Shown: positions 23,801-33,145 of the stretch, piece by piece
Numbering within the stretch: the stretch's first letter is position 1
How the letters are laid out: each line of letters starts with the position of its first letter
Source of the DNA: Mantamonas sphyraenae STR306
Lineage: Eukaryota > Protista > CRuMs
NCBI GenBank assembly: GCA_026936335.1
Contig: JAPMXV010000051.1
Location: 496,001-560,000, forward strand
DNA: 64,000 bases
Reading direction: 5' to 3'
Translations under genes and position numbers: made by a program
Notes under the pieces: generated by a model
What the model was told of the DNA's origin: nothing
Database searches by the model: none
The model's input: the letters and a program-made list of their open reading frames with translations, nothing else

Positions 23801-26296
23801 AGCAACGGCGACGTCGAGCGCCGTGATGTCCTGGCAGTTGTCAAACGCCTGCACAAAGGAGTGGATGACGAAGAGGACACTGATGCTCAAGACACACCAA
23901 CAAGCAAGGCATGCGAGCACGCGGTCGCGACTGTGCTGCGCGAAGTGGTGGGGCTTTCTGTGGACAAGTACAAGGCGCTGATGTGCAACGATCCGAGCGA
24001 CTCCGGCGCCGACTCTCATGTTTGCGCGTACGAGCTGGCCAGAGAATGCCAGTCCACACGCAAGCTGTACCCGGTCAAACAGTCTCTTCATCACCAGCTC
24101 GCGGTCGAACGGGAAAAGCTGTTTGGACGATGGGCCCTTTCCGCACTCTGTGACGGGTTGCTGGATGTTTGCTGGGAAGGCAAGGAGGACACAATGCTTG
24201 CGTGGTCCATTCTGTGCGGTGCAGTCGCATCCAGTCCAGGTGCGTGCTCCTCAGAAGGCGAGTACTTTCCACCTCCGTGTCTGCAGTGCGTGGCAGGAGG
24301 CCCGTGCGACTGTGCCGTGGGCAGCTGGCTGAGGGGGGCAAAGCTGGCTCGTAATGGCCAACATGTGCATGCCCTGAGGGCTTCGTTTGCGTGGCACATG
24401 GTCAAGATCGGGGAGGAGAACGGGAGCAGCCGCTTGTTCTCGCGCGACGCCATCAAGGCGATGCAAGTGTGTGCATCCAGGTGCGCCAACGGCACAGCAC
24501 GTGTTGTCACGCACAATGAGGACCACAACATCATCCCAGGGGAGGACATGGGCACGTACACAGACCCGCTCCTGCTCGCGGCCTTCAACGTTTTCGCCGT
24601 GGTTGACCCTATGCACGCGCCCAGGATTTCAAAGACACCCTTCATCAACGATGGGCATCTGTCCATCCGCCTCTTCTCTGCGGTACACGCTCTGCACGTT
24701 CGCCATTGGCAGGTGCCGGCAGGGCCTGGCCAACGCCGGTTGTACTACCTGGAACATCTCATCCTTCCCGATGAACGGCTCTCGCTGTTCCCTACTTTGC
24801 GTGCGTGTCTGAATCTGCTCCGCAATCCAACCGCTACGTCTTTGTCAGACACGAAACCAGTCGATGACGCCCAGCTGCTGCGCTTCCTGAAGGGCAATGT
24901 GGGGTTCCTGGAGGATGCGCCACTTGCTGAGCGTGCACAATCGTCACCGTTTCTGTCTCACAGCAAACCCAGGTACAACTTTGCGATTCATGGCAAGGGT
25001 GCCCTGGAAGGAACGTCGACAAGGTGCCGCGACAAAGACGCACACACTGAGGATCAAGGCAACCAACGACGCCTCATCGAACGTGTTGCTGCTGTGACTA
25101 TCCTTCTGTGCCAGGTTGCCATGTACGTGGCCGCACACCAGCACCGGGAGCGTGGGAAGGAGGTTGAGGACCCACACGAGGCCGACGGCGACGGAGCGAC
25201 TCCAACACAGACCGAGGCTGTGCATAAGCTGCTCCGCAAGTGGCTTCCACAATCGGCGGACAAGATTATTGCCCTGAAGCTGTGCCCAGAGTCCATGGAG
25301 CACAGCAGACGACCACACGGTGTTGTGAGCTCGTTCTCCAGGCTCATCCCATTGAGCTCGAAGGCAAATGCGCGCTTGCAGTTCCTTGCCATGGATCCAG
25401 GCATTTCGAATGCGCCTTCAGCTCTGTACATCCCACGCACGGAGCTCGTTGAGAACCACAATGTGCTTCACTTTGCAGACGCCTGGCGTTTTTCACCACC
25501 GTCACTGGGTGCCATGGAGCGCAGGACAGGGATCAAGCGCGACAACGCTCTGCTCTCGGCGACAGTGCGTGAGAAGATGCAGGAACTGCGAAGCAAACGA
25601 TCTGGGTTGTTTGTGGACGTGCACACCGCAGCCAGGGCTGGACGGGTGGTGAAGAGTCAGTGCAGCGGCAAGATCCTGGAGTCTGAACAAGGGTCATCCG
25701 CTCAGTTCAATGAGGGATGCAGCCAGAGGGGCGACAGCAAGACGCATGATCGACGCGAACAGAAAAGACGGATCCGAAAGATGAGGGAGCAATGGCTGGC
25801 ACAGGTGCGGGCGACAGAGAAGATGCAGTTGGAGTTGGAGGAGGGGCAAGTGCGAGGCATCACACTGATGGAGGAGGGGCAACTGCGACGCATCACACTG
25901 CTGTGCATCGGTGACGGATTCAAGGGCGGCCGTGGTGGAGTGAAGAAACTGGAGGAGCTGGCCAAGCACAACATGATTGTTGTGCGTGTGAACGAGTGCA
26001 ATACGACGCTGAGATGTCCCACATGTGGCAGTGTGCACAAGAGCAAGCACGGAAGTGACCGCACTGCGCGTGTCAAGTACTGCGAGCGATGTGAGATGCA
26101 CCGGAACAGGGATTTCGCGAGTGCGCAGGCGATCGCCAACAAGGTGTTTGCTGCCCTTCGCGGCCACACCATATGGTGCATGACCAAGGTTTGGCAACGG
26201 AGTCAGATCGGAAGGACGTTTCGAAGCAAGATTGGTCTGCCAGAGAATGTGGACGGCGAGGCACAGAACCTGGAGGCGAATTCGAGTGCAGGCTGA
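20828..26296 (+). CDS. Giant Fanzor (eukaryotic TnpB-like) RNA-guided endonuclease candidate with an N-terminal FEN1/XPG-like PIN domain (~1,720-1,870 aa depending on start; uninterrupted ORF)
   Basis: RuvC-I 'FLAMDPG' (D at 25394), 'LLCIGDG' (25910), alternative RuvC-II 'VVRVNECNTTLRCPTC' (E at 25994), 'YCERC', RuvC-III 'HRNRDFASAQAI' (D at 26111). N-terminal 'VLVDVSSVVH / YVLVCDLKP / LADD / ITLHDSD / LLLSSDI'. Alternative in-frame ATGs at 20732 and 21119. Confidence 0.85.
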   Translation: MSEHHAKHAKHNDKRKRSHSNIALDNDGEDGLSVSERSGMKRSRRHVCASVHCDNGVGLQERFCDVCVLGVSARETVVDVQGPRRSLKVEGGVGSVRMFAAAQAAMDTESVSGDYEEYSEDEEYSDDEEDSEDEEYSPVARRPRKAQEGKKRKPTESDQVSVQLAHGRQGGSGKARRQQDILATYGIEFEQGMTQLEGDVKVLVDVSSVVHTVVEAAARVSDVPEEKVRELVTRCVEAEKAATELRVDLRNANVRYVLVCDLKPEFLDEQAQSVGFGTHLRRMENTLAHVATMSKTLRKLKREKADLKTLAQGHTLSLTGQAQVAVYHAVKHLCSQHDVYECGNDKVNENPGACLADDVKNELVRLYNHDQHVTFVITLHDSDWGYNVAEHPVVLLHPRLGFAIVEPHVGRLMSLVAALLLSSDIEAAVRAPRRNMLRLDAGSLNELLAGGGSLLTYIYQPILWDDKSVAHLLQGTRGTQPASKHLDLVQEHAQKYLAAVKVHLCQMGFDDRTINTLTSLHAWDAVFDTGGTKAELDWSGLPGPQVLGQVDLGGGRHIGSLFAAYANDYAVTDHDTLRKARLLPPGEVVEQARQLEGEQTLRGALDGLKEQIRTRWEAMKRHDASHVPLENIGSRYAYPVTVDVAAEGVEGLVAAARGTDEIEYTNPASMYNNMISVKKWEALCKKHADNGKRERLSKMRGVLEEAVRDKLNTKMTKAMKKAGVDASMDVFVGDNQQLAAILGPTPPSSGEAVFWDTMASNAIDYVYQKQDDDDDGHGASRLDAVINTILPDPEDNEWEVFMGFSTPKLDSDHTERLASSSCVVELGSLEKLRNAALINARSVEELDAMAHAFGLIVAIQCDLLECGLLEPSKDLENVLSACLQLNVGRFYLKPPSAVEITCEATPKLHNFPKYISVTADLVLSRQPSGGVVAEYLDELAPEEARCGIDLRCLPSGAFTALCQRGAALVLTNWKVMLINQAVDNLVDLVVASNGDVERRDVLAVVKRLHKGVDDEEDTDAQDTPTSKACEHAVATVLREVVGLSVDKYKALMCNDPSDSGADSHVCAYELARECQSTRKLYPVKQSLHHQLAVEREKLFGRWALSALCDGLLDVCWEGKEDTMLAWSILCGAVASSPGACSSEGEYFPPPCLQCVAGGPCDCAVGSWLRGAKLARNGQHVHALRASFAWHMVKIGEENGSSRLFSRDAIKAMQVCASRCANGTARVVTHNEDHNIIPGEDMGTYTDPLLLAAFNVFAVVDPMHAPRISKTPFINDGHLSIRLFSAVHALHVRHWQVPAGPGQRRLYYLEHLILPDERLSLFPTLRACLNLLRNPTATSLSDTKPVDDAQLLRFLKGNVGFLEDAPLAERAQSSPFLSHSKPRYNFAIHGKGALEGTSTRCRDKDAHTEDQGNQRRLIERVAAVTILLCQVAMYVAAHQHRERGKEVEDPHEADGDGATPTQTEAVHKLLRKWLPQSADKIIALKLCPESMEHSRRPHGVVSSFSRLIPLSSKANARLQFLAMDPGISNAPSALYIPRTELVENHNVLHFADAWRFSPPSLGAMERRTGIKRDNALLSATVREKMQELRSKRSGLFVDVHTAARAGRVVKSQCSGKILESEQGSSAQFNEGCSQRGDSKTHDRREQKRRIRKMREQWLAQVRATEKMQLELEEGQVRGITLMEEGQLRRITLLCIGDGFKGGRGGVKKLEELAKHNMIVVRVNECNTTLRCPTCGSVHKSKHGSDRTARVKYCERCEMHRNRDFASAQAIANKVFAALRGHTIWCMTKVWQRSQIGRTFRSKIGLPENVDGEAQNLEANSSAG
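25838..25903 (+). repeat. Tandem 33-bp duplication (3 mismatches) inside the Fanzor ORF encoding EEGQVRGITLM/EEGQLRRITLL
   Basis: gaggaggggcaagtgcgaggcatcacactgatg followed by gaggaggggcaactgcgacgcatcacactgctg. Confidence 0.9.
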
Positions 26297-26316
26297 GGAC
26301 GGGGCACCAGAACCGT

Positions 26317-26336
26317 CAACCAACCAACCAACCAAC
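26317..26336 (+). repeat. (CAAC)5 microsatellite just after the Fanzor stop codon
   Basis: caaccaaccaaccaaccaac. Confidence 0.9.
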
Positions 26337-26471
26337 ACTGAGTGTATACCACTCCTCACAGGACGTAGGTTTTGTTTTCCCGAGCCCAATCGCGTTGCGC
26401 CAGCTCACACAAAAGTTTCAATTTGAACCGAACAGCCTGTAAGAGATTGAAGGTGTGCTGTATTTCTCGTA

Positions 26472-27016
26472 AGTGCGTGAACGCACGCCAACGCACTACA
26501 TACAAATACTTGACCATGCCCAAAAGTTGGCTTGCTTCTGGACAATGGCTACCAGGGCGTCGTTGCTGGATGCCCTGGTTATTTTGCTTGAACATCGAGC
26601 GGTGGCTTGCGCTCGATGTGCTCCGTCTCTTGGAGCAGCTCCCGTCGTCGATGGAGCTGCATCAGATCATGTTCACTCACTCCTCCGTTTGAGTGGTGTT
26701 GGTATGATCATTGGACGTGTCCGTGACTGCTGCTTCGCTCGGCCTGCTGAATGGAACGGGTCGTTGTCCCGATTTGATCTGCTCAACAGTGATCCAGAAA
26801 AATGCCTCGCACGAGTGCTGGTCTCGTTGCATTGCTACGTGCAGCGGAATCTTCACGTCGTTGTGAATTTCCCGTTGCAGTAGTGCAAACAAGGTCTGCT
26901 TGCGTGTGTGTTGATCTTGAACGTTGGGTTCATTGCACTGGGCATGTTGGTTTGGTGACAATTGCTGATCCGTCAGGTTGGCGTCTGGTGCGCCTTGTCC
27001 ATCACACCTGCTTGAC
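26472..27016 (+). ncRNA. Candidate structured non-coding RNA (putative Fanzor omegaRNA); boundaries uncertain
   Basis: Series of stems directly downstream of the Fanzor ORF: 26551-26579, 26592-26619 (perfect 10 bp), 26635-26660, 26665-26709, 26840-26879, 26881-26940, 26972-27016. Lies in the 1.1-kb gap 26297-27416. Confidence 0.5.
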
Positions 27017-27416
27017 ATCCCTTCTCGTCCACACAATGCATTATTCGCAAGGATTCATTGTTTCCATTGTATAGATGACTTTGGTAAGCTTCTTTCAGTG
27101 CACGTGGAAACCGAGGGGAGTGGGTACGATTGGCCGTTAGAGCACAGCCATGAGCACACGCCAAACCGGGGTGTGAACATCTCTGTGATCACAAAGGACC
27201 CACAGATGAGTGATATCATGTCTTGGTGAACATTCTATGTGTTTTTGGGCGTTGTTCTCGGTGGTGAGGGCCACGTTCACGCTCAATTGCAACCAACTGT
27301 GCAAAAGCAAAAACAAAAACAAAATGCAGAAAAAGTACATAGTCTCGATCCATGGCGTCGGGTGCGTATGTGTGCGTTTGGACCAGCTGCTGGGCTCCAA
27401 ACAAGCCGCGCGAACA

Positions 27417-28833
27417 TCAATCGTCCTTTTTGTGCCCAGCGGTGGTAGTGGTGGTGTTGGACAGCGTGGGACCGAGTGTAAGAAAGTCGCTTTCGCCACC
27501 GGTGCCAAGGTTGGTGCCTGTCCAGCGGCTGCCTGGGCCTGTGGAGTCAAGTGCGTCGTCGTCGTCCGAGTCGCCCTGCTCGTCGCGTCTGCGGCTGCTG
27601 CTCATGTCGACCATCTCGAAGCGTTTGTCTGCAAGGCCACCGACAAACTCGTCGTCGTCGTCGTCAAAGAGGCTGTCGCTGGGATCCTGGTTGTCCAGCA
27701 AGCTGGTGCTGTCGCGTGTCTGCTTGCGTCGGTTGTGCACGTTCTGACCGCCTCCAAATGCAATGAATTCTGTGTCTTCGCTTTCCTCTTCCTCGGGCAG
27801 CGTGGCGTATCGGTTGCCTGCTGCCTGGTTGTCGTTGTTGCTGCTGAAAATGGCCGCAAGTTCGTTGAACTTCTTCTTGGCCGACTCACTCATGTTGTTC
27901 AGCTTGCGCTTAAAGTCGCTCATACCGTCGTCGTCGTCGTCAATGTTGCCCAATCCCTGTTGCTGTTGCTGTTGCTGTTGTTGATGCTGCTGTGCGTGGC
28001 GTGCGTTGCCAAACCCTTGCTGTTGCGGGGCGTATGCCTGCACGGTGCCCTGGTCCAGCATGGAGGTAAAGTCTTCGTTTGTCATGAGCTCGTTGAGGAA
28101 GCCCTGGTCCTGGAGCATGCGTGCCAATCGCTCGTCCTCTTCGATCTGCCGGCGCGTTTCGTCGTCGTAGAAGGCTCCGGAAGGAGTCATATCCGAGCCA
28201 GCCTGTGTGCAAATCGCGCCCCCGGTGTGTGAGTGAGCAGAGATTGTGGCAATGACGGCGTCCTCTGCGCCCTGTGTGCAGCTGCGCACCTGTGGAACGA
28301 GAGGCAGCGAGAGGCGGCGGAAACGAACGAAGGGAACCGGCTTCGCAAACGCACCAGGCCACCGAAGGAGAGAAAGTCGTCTGGCAGGCCATATTCACTT
28401 TCTGTGAGGGTATGTTCAGGGGCACATGAACACACACAAATGACACGCGAGTCAGCATGCGGACACAGAGTGTGAGAAGGAATGCAGATGGCCGGTGTAC
28501 GGCGAGCCGGAGATGTCCGGCCGGGCAATTTTTGTGCTCATTTCCGCAGGTGGCAGGGGCCTTTTGCGACTTACGAGCAACTCCAGAAGTGTTTGATGTG
28601 AGGTCGGACGGGTATCCAGCAGCTGCGGGCACCGTGTACTCCATACTGCCGGTGTTGTCGGCAGTGTCCAGCCCTCCAGATACACCAGCGTCCGTTTGCA
28701 TCGCCAGCAGGGTGTCGATGGTGTTTTCCATGTGGTAGTTGTTGCTTTCCAACACATACTTGAGCACTTCGTCGTCCATTTCATTGAACATGGCCCTCAG
28801 TGTGGCCATTGCATCGTTGAAAGAGATTGCCAT
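27417..28833 (-). CDS. CUE-domain ubiquitin-binding protein (CUEDC1-like); multi-exon
   Basis: CUE 'FNDAMATLRAMFNEMDDEVLKYVLESNNYHMENTIDTLLAM'; 'QIEEDERLARMLQDQGFLNELMTNEDF'; 'FKRKLNNMSESAKKKFNELA'. Confidence 0.8.
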
Positions 28834-28888
28834 CGTTGCCTTGGCCTCCCGTTCGCAGAACAGCGTCACCACTGCAAACCTCACCGCT

Positions 28889-31713
28889 TCACACCACCTG
28901 CGCGCAACTTGCCGCTCTTTGCCGATCCTTTGCGCTTGCTTCTGCCCTTTGGCTTGCCCGTGCGCCCTTGGTTCTTTGTAGTGTTGTGGTTGTCAGTGCC
29001 GACTTTGACGTCTTCCAGCCCTTGGATCCCAAAGCTCGGGCAAGTCCACGAGCAGATATGTCGTCCTTGTCCTCTGCGTCGTCAAGTTGGTCATCTTCAT
29101 CTTCTTCTTGGTCATCTTTCTCCTCAATGAACGCCTCATGAGTCATCGACGATCCCATTCGCTCGCTCTCGCTTGCTGAACCGTCTGGAGCATCGTCGTC
29201 GTCATCGTCATCATCAACGTCCTCTTCATCGTCGTATTCCTCATCGTCGTCGTCGCTGTCATCAGTCGTGCCTGTGGAAGGAACAATCATGCCATTGACC
29301 ACATTCCAGGGCTGAGGGTGCACGCTTCCATCGTCGTCTTCATCGTCCTCATCGTCCTCATCGTCGCTGTCGCTGTGTTGCTGCAGATCCTCCAACGCAG
29401 TGAGATCCATTTCCATCCGCCTTGTCCCCAGGCGCTTCAACAGAGCATCCACATCCAAATCATCGCTTTCGTCTGTGACGCTATGCAATCTGCTCTCTGG
29501 GCTGGTCTGTTTCACACGTACGCGGCGCTGCTTTGGGCGTGAGGATTCGATGGCAGATCGTCGCTGGTTGACACCCTCACCACGACGATCGTCGTTGTCG
29601 TCGGTATCATCGTCGTCCTCATTGTCGTCCGCATCCTGCTCATTCTGGTGGAATGATGTCCGTGATGAGGGTGTGTGACTCTGCAGTGGCTGTTTGCGCG
29701 TGAGAAACTTGCTCATGATGTCGTTGGCCAGGAGATCCGGCGGACTGGAGGCGGCGTCGCTGGCAAACGCCATCGAGACATCCACCATGCGGGAGACATT
29801 GGCTTGAACGCCGTCGCAGCGTTGAATGTGACCAGTGATGTCTCCAGAGGTGTCTGGATGGCACATGGAGCACACGACATCGACAAAGTGCTCCACGCCT
29901 GCGGCAATGTCGTCCTCCTCCAGTCGCTTGGCGTCCCGGTCCCACAGCGATGGCCCAGGTGTGACCATGTTGACGCGAACGGCGCTTGAGAGCAGTTTGT
30001 CGCATTGGTGCTGGAACAGAGTGTGCAAGCTCGACGCTAGAAGGGCGGCTGTCAGACACGAGTCTACGGCGGGCGAGTCCTCGTTGACAAAGAGCACACA
30101 TCCAGAGCGCAGGTGGGAATGCAGCTGTGCATGCAATTCCATCACATGATCCAAAGGATCGGTGACCCTGCTGCGCCACGTGTCTGTGTCCAGCGCATGG
30201 GACATGTCATCCTGCACGTCACTCCACACGCCCAGATCGGTGACATTGTGCACCAGTACGTCCACCTTGTCTCCAACAAACTGTTTCAACTCGCTCCAGT
30301 CCATTTGGCTCCAGTCGGCCACAACCAACACCTGTGGGTTGGCCCTGAACATGTGGAACAGCCTGGTGACTGCGCCGAGGCTGCCAAACCCGCGGAACTC
30401 GCGCGTGCCACACAGAAGCACCACACGCGACCCCTGGTCCACCCAAGATCGAGCCAACTGAACACCCAATGCGTTGTCCGCTCCGTGGATGACCACACTC
30501 AGCGGTTCGCGCCTGGATCGTGCGCTGGATGGTTTCCGACGCACGCTCCCGCCCAGCAGCGTCAGCTCATCCGAGTCCAAGTCACCCAGGTCCACGAAAT
30601 CACTCAACATGCTTCTGCTCATTGATTGCCTGCTGTTTGTCTGTGTGCCCGCCTGCTGCGGATACCGCACGGCCCTTCGCTGCGCAGCCAATCTGCTCTG
30701 CAGCGCCATCCCCAGCTGGGAATGGCGTTGTGACGAGGATGTGCTGTGAGCTCCGTCGGCACGATTGTTGGTGTGGTTGCTGCTGCTGCTGCTGCTACTG
30801 TTGTTGTCCACGTATTCACTGTGGCTGAATTGTGCTGCGTCAACCTCGACGTCGTCGTCGTCGCGGCGGCTTGGCGCAAACCGCACACCAGACCGAGCTG
30901 CTGCGGGAGTCGATGTGCTGGCCCTCCATGCATTGCGTTGCAGCGGCGATTCTGCATTTTCCTCACCAAAGATGTCTTCCTGGAGCAGAGAGACGTCAAA
31001 GGCGTCGAGAGAGGTCGTTGTCTTTCCTTGTTTCACGGCAGCCACGTAGGACCTGCGATACTCCATTCCCTCACCTGCACAGAGTGTGTCATGGGCCGCG
31101 TCAGCCGAGGCAGCCAATGGGAGGCCGGTTCGGCAGAGAAAGCGTGTGTTCTGTTCGTCGCCTTACCTGTACACATATCGCGCACTTCCCGCCAGCGCGC
31201 TGGAGTCACCTTGCTGTTTTCACTTATGTCCACCACCACGGTGCCGTTGTGCTGCAACACCTCCTGCAGCCGCTGGGCACTGATGTCCGAAATACCTGTG
31301 TGGCGCACGTACAACTGCTCCAAAGTCTGGTTGCCGCGTAACGTTGCTGCCAGCGTGTCAAAGCCCACGTCGCCCAGGTTGTTTTCAGACAGGCTGAGGA
31401 TGCGCAGTGTTTGGTTATTGCGCAGCATTTGCGCCACGCCACGCATGCCTTTGTCTGTGATGGCGTTGTCCTGCACGTTGAGCGTCTCACAAAACGCGTT
31501 GTCCGCCAAGGCGTCACAGAGAGCAGCCAGGCCCCGGTTGCCAATGTTGTTGCGTGCCAATAGCATGGATGTGACGGTAAAGTTGTTGCGCATAGCTTCA
31601 GCCAACGCCTCAGCCTCAGGGTCGCCCAGATTCTGGCCAACCAGATCCACCTTGGTCATGAAAGACTCGTTTGCGCGGATCCACGCACAGACGTCATCCA
31701 CAAGAGGATCCAT
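28889..31713 (-). CDS. RNI-like leucine-rich-repeat protein fused to a degenerate short-chain dehydrogenase/reductase (SDR)-like domain; intron 31166-31075
   Basis: LRRs 'LLARNNIGNRG', 'LNVQDNAITDKG', 'LSLSENNLGDVG'. In-frame splice GTAAGG...TGCAG. SDR-like 'VVIHGADNALG', 'VDVLVHN', 'VRVNMVTPG', 'DITG'. Acidic tail. Confidence 0.7.
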
Positions 31714-31798
31714 GACAAAGAGTTGTTGTGGCCAGGGTGGAGCTTGGCCTGCAGATGGAAACGGAGTTTGACTTGGCTGCGTCGGCGACTCCAGGCCA

Positions 31799-33145
31799 AT
31801 GCGATTTCTTGCTGAAGGAGGCAACACTGTTGTATTTGAATTGGACAGGGAGGATGCGGTGGTTTTCACGGGAAGGGATACAGGAGTGGGAGCACAGGTG
31901 TTGCGGCTGCTCAAGGCCACCAGCAAACTGGACGACGACCAGGTGGCGCTGCAGCTGCAATTTCAGAGGCTAGTGTACGAGGAACACGTGGGTGCATGGC
32001 TGCCAGCATGCACTGTGGTACCCGTGAGAAAAGAGATTGTGGAACAGGCTCGGGCGGCGCTGGAAGAGGCAGAGGAGTTGCGCAAGGACAAATGGCGGGG
32101 GATGGGGCTTGCCGAGGACATCCAACACGGCGTACTGATGCCCAACTGCACATTGGACGCGGGTCACAGCAAGAGTGTGTGCGTGGAAATCAAACCCAAG
32201 TGGGGGCGGATCAACACGTGGTTGGGTACACAGCCGTCAAGCTCCCACATCAAGGGCCATGTGAGCAGATACTGCATGCAACAGCATCACAAGCTGCAGA
32301 AAGGTGCCATTGAGCGTGTCTCTGAGTATTGTCCGCTGGATCTGTATGCTGGTAGGGCATCGGATGCGCTGTTGGCACTGCTGGAGAATCCGCAAAACAA
32401 CCTGGCTGTGTTTGTGGATGGAAGGCCCAGCTCAGTGGAATCGTTGTTTGCGCTGTGCCAAGAGGCAAGCGATGGAAGCACAGGCGCGGCTGAGTTGGTA
32501 GCGCAGGTGGTGGGTGACTTGGTGCCCACCAGCCTCCTTTCTGGTCTTCTCACGCTGCAATCGCAGGATTTTGTGGACATCCAGTGCGTGTACCTCGCTT
32601 ACGAGTATGTAAAAGAGCATTTGAAGGAGGTGGAGGGGGTGTTGGGGACGCCGGTGACGAGCATGCAGGATTTGGAGACGGTGTTGCTGCTGGACGACAC
32701 CGCCGGACCGTGGAGCTTGTTCAACGACCTGGAAGCGGACACAGGGGTGCCGTTGTGGAGGGACATAGATTCATTGGACGTGCTGGAATGCAATTGCAAG
32801 GATGTTGGCCGGTTGATGGACATGGGACTGGAGTGGGATGCAAGGCCGCAGGAGGAATGGATGGCGGCGTGCGTGGAGTGGGTGGAGGAGCAATTGGGCC
32901 TGAAGGGCTGCTTGTGTGTATTGCGTGGATTCCTTGTGGCCACGTCAGCGAAAGATGTGTCGCTGATGGTGTGTTTTGACGCAGGCGACTTGGGCGTGAG
33001 CGACCCGAGCTCCAGCGCGCATGTGCATGTGGTCGATGTGCAACCAAAGTCGTTTCGCAAGTTTGACGCATACCAAAGCATGGACGTGGCCATTGTGGAC
33101 GCGTTCCATCAGCGCAGCAAGGCCCAATGGGAAGCAAAGAGGTGA
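31799..33145 (+). CDS. IPK1: Inositol-pentakisphosphate 2-kinase
   Basis: 'FLAEGGNTVVF', 'CVEIKPKWG', 'RYCMQQHHK...YCPLDLY', 'PQNNLAVF', 'SAKDVSLMV', 'VVDVQPK'. Confidence 0.9.
   Translation: MRFLAEGGNTVVFELDREDAVVFTGRDTGVGAQVLRLLKATSKLDDDQVALQLQFQRLVYEEHVGAWLPACTVVPVRKEIVEQARAALEEAEELRKDKWRGMGLAEDIQHGVLMPNCTLDAGHSKSVCVEIKPKWGRINTWLGTQPSSSHIKGHVSRYCMQQHHKLQKGAIERVSEYCPLDLYAGRASDALLALLENPQNNLAVFVDGRPSSVESLFALCQEASDGSTGAAELVAQVVGDLVPTSLLSGLLTLQSQDFVDIQCVYLAYEYVKEHLKEVEGVLGTPVTSMQDLETVLLLDDTAGPWSLFNDLEADTGVPLWRDIDSLDVLECNCKDVGRLMDMGLEWDARPQEEWMAACVEWVEEQLGLKGCLCVLRGFLVATSAKDVSLMVCFDAGDLGVSDPSSSAHVHVVDVQPKSFRKFDAYQSMDVAIVDAFHQRSKAQWEAKR

Noticed and set aside
26372-27229. Short ORFs (60-136 aa) on both strands downstream of the Fanzor
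   Set aside because: No recognisable motifs, often non-ATG starts, mutually overlapping; the region is better explained as structured non-coding sequence.
26297-27416. CRISPR-like repeat-spacer array, or a known snRNA/tRNA, next to the nuclease
   Set aside because: No regularly spaced direct repeats, and no U1/U2/U5/U6 signature or tRNA cloverleaf recognised by eye. An Rfam search is still needed.
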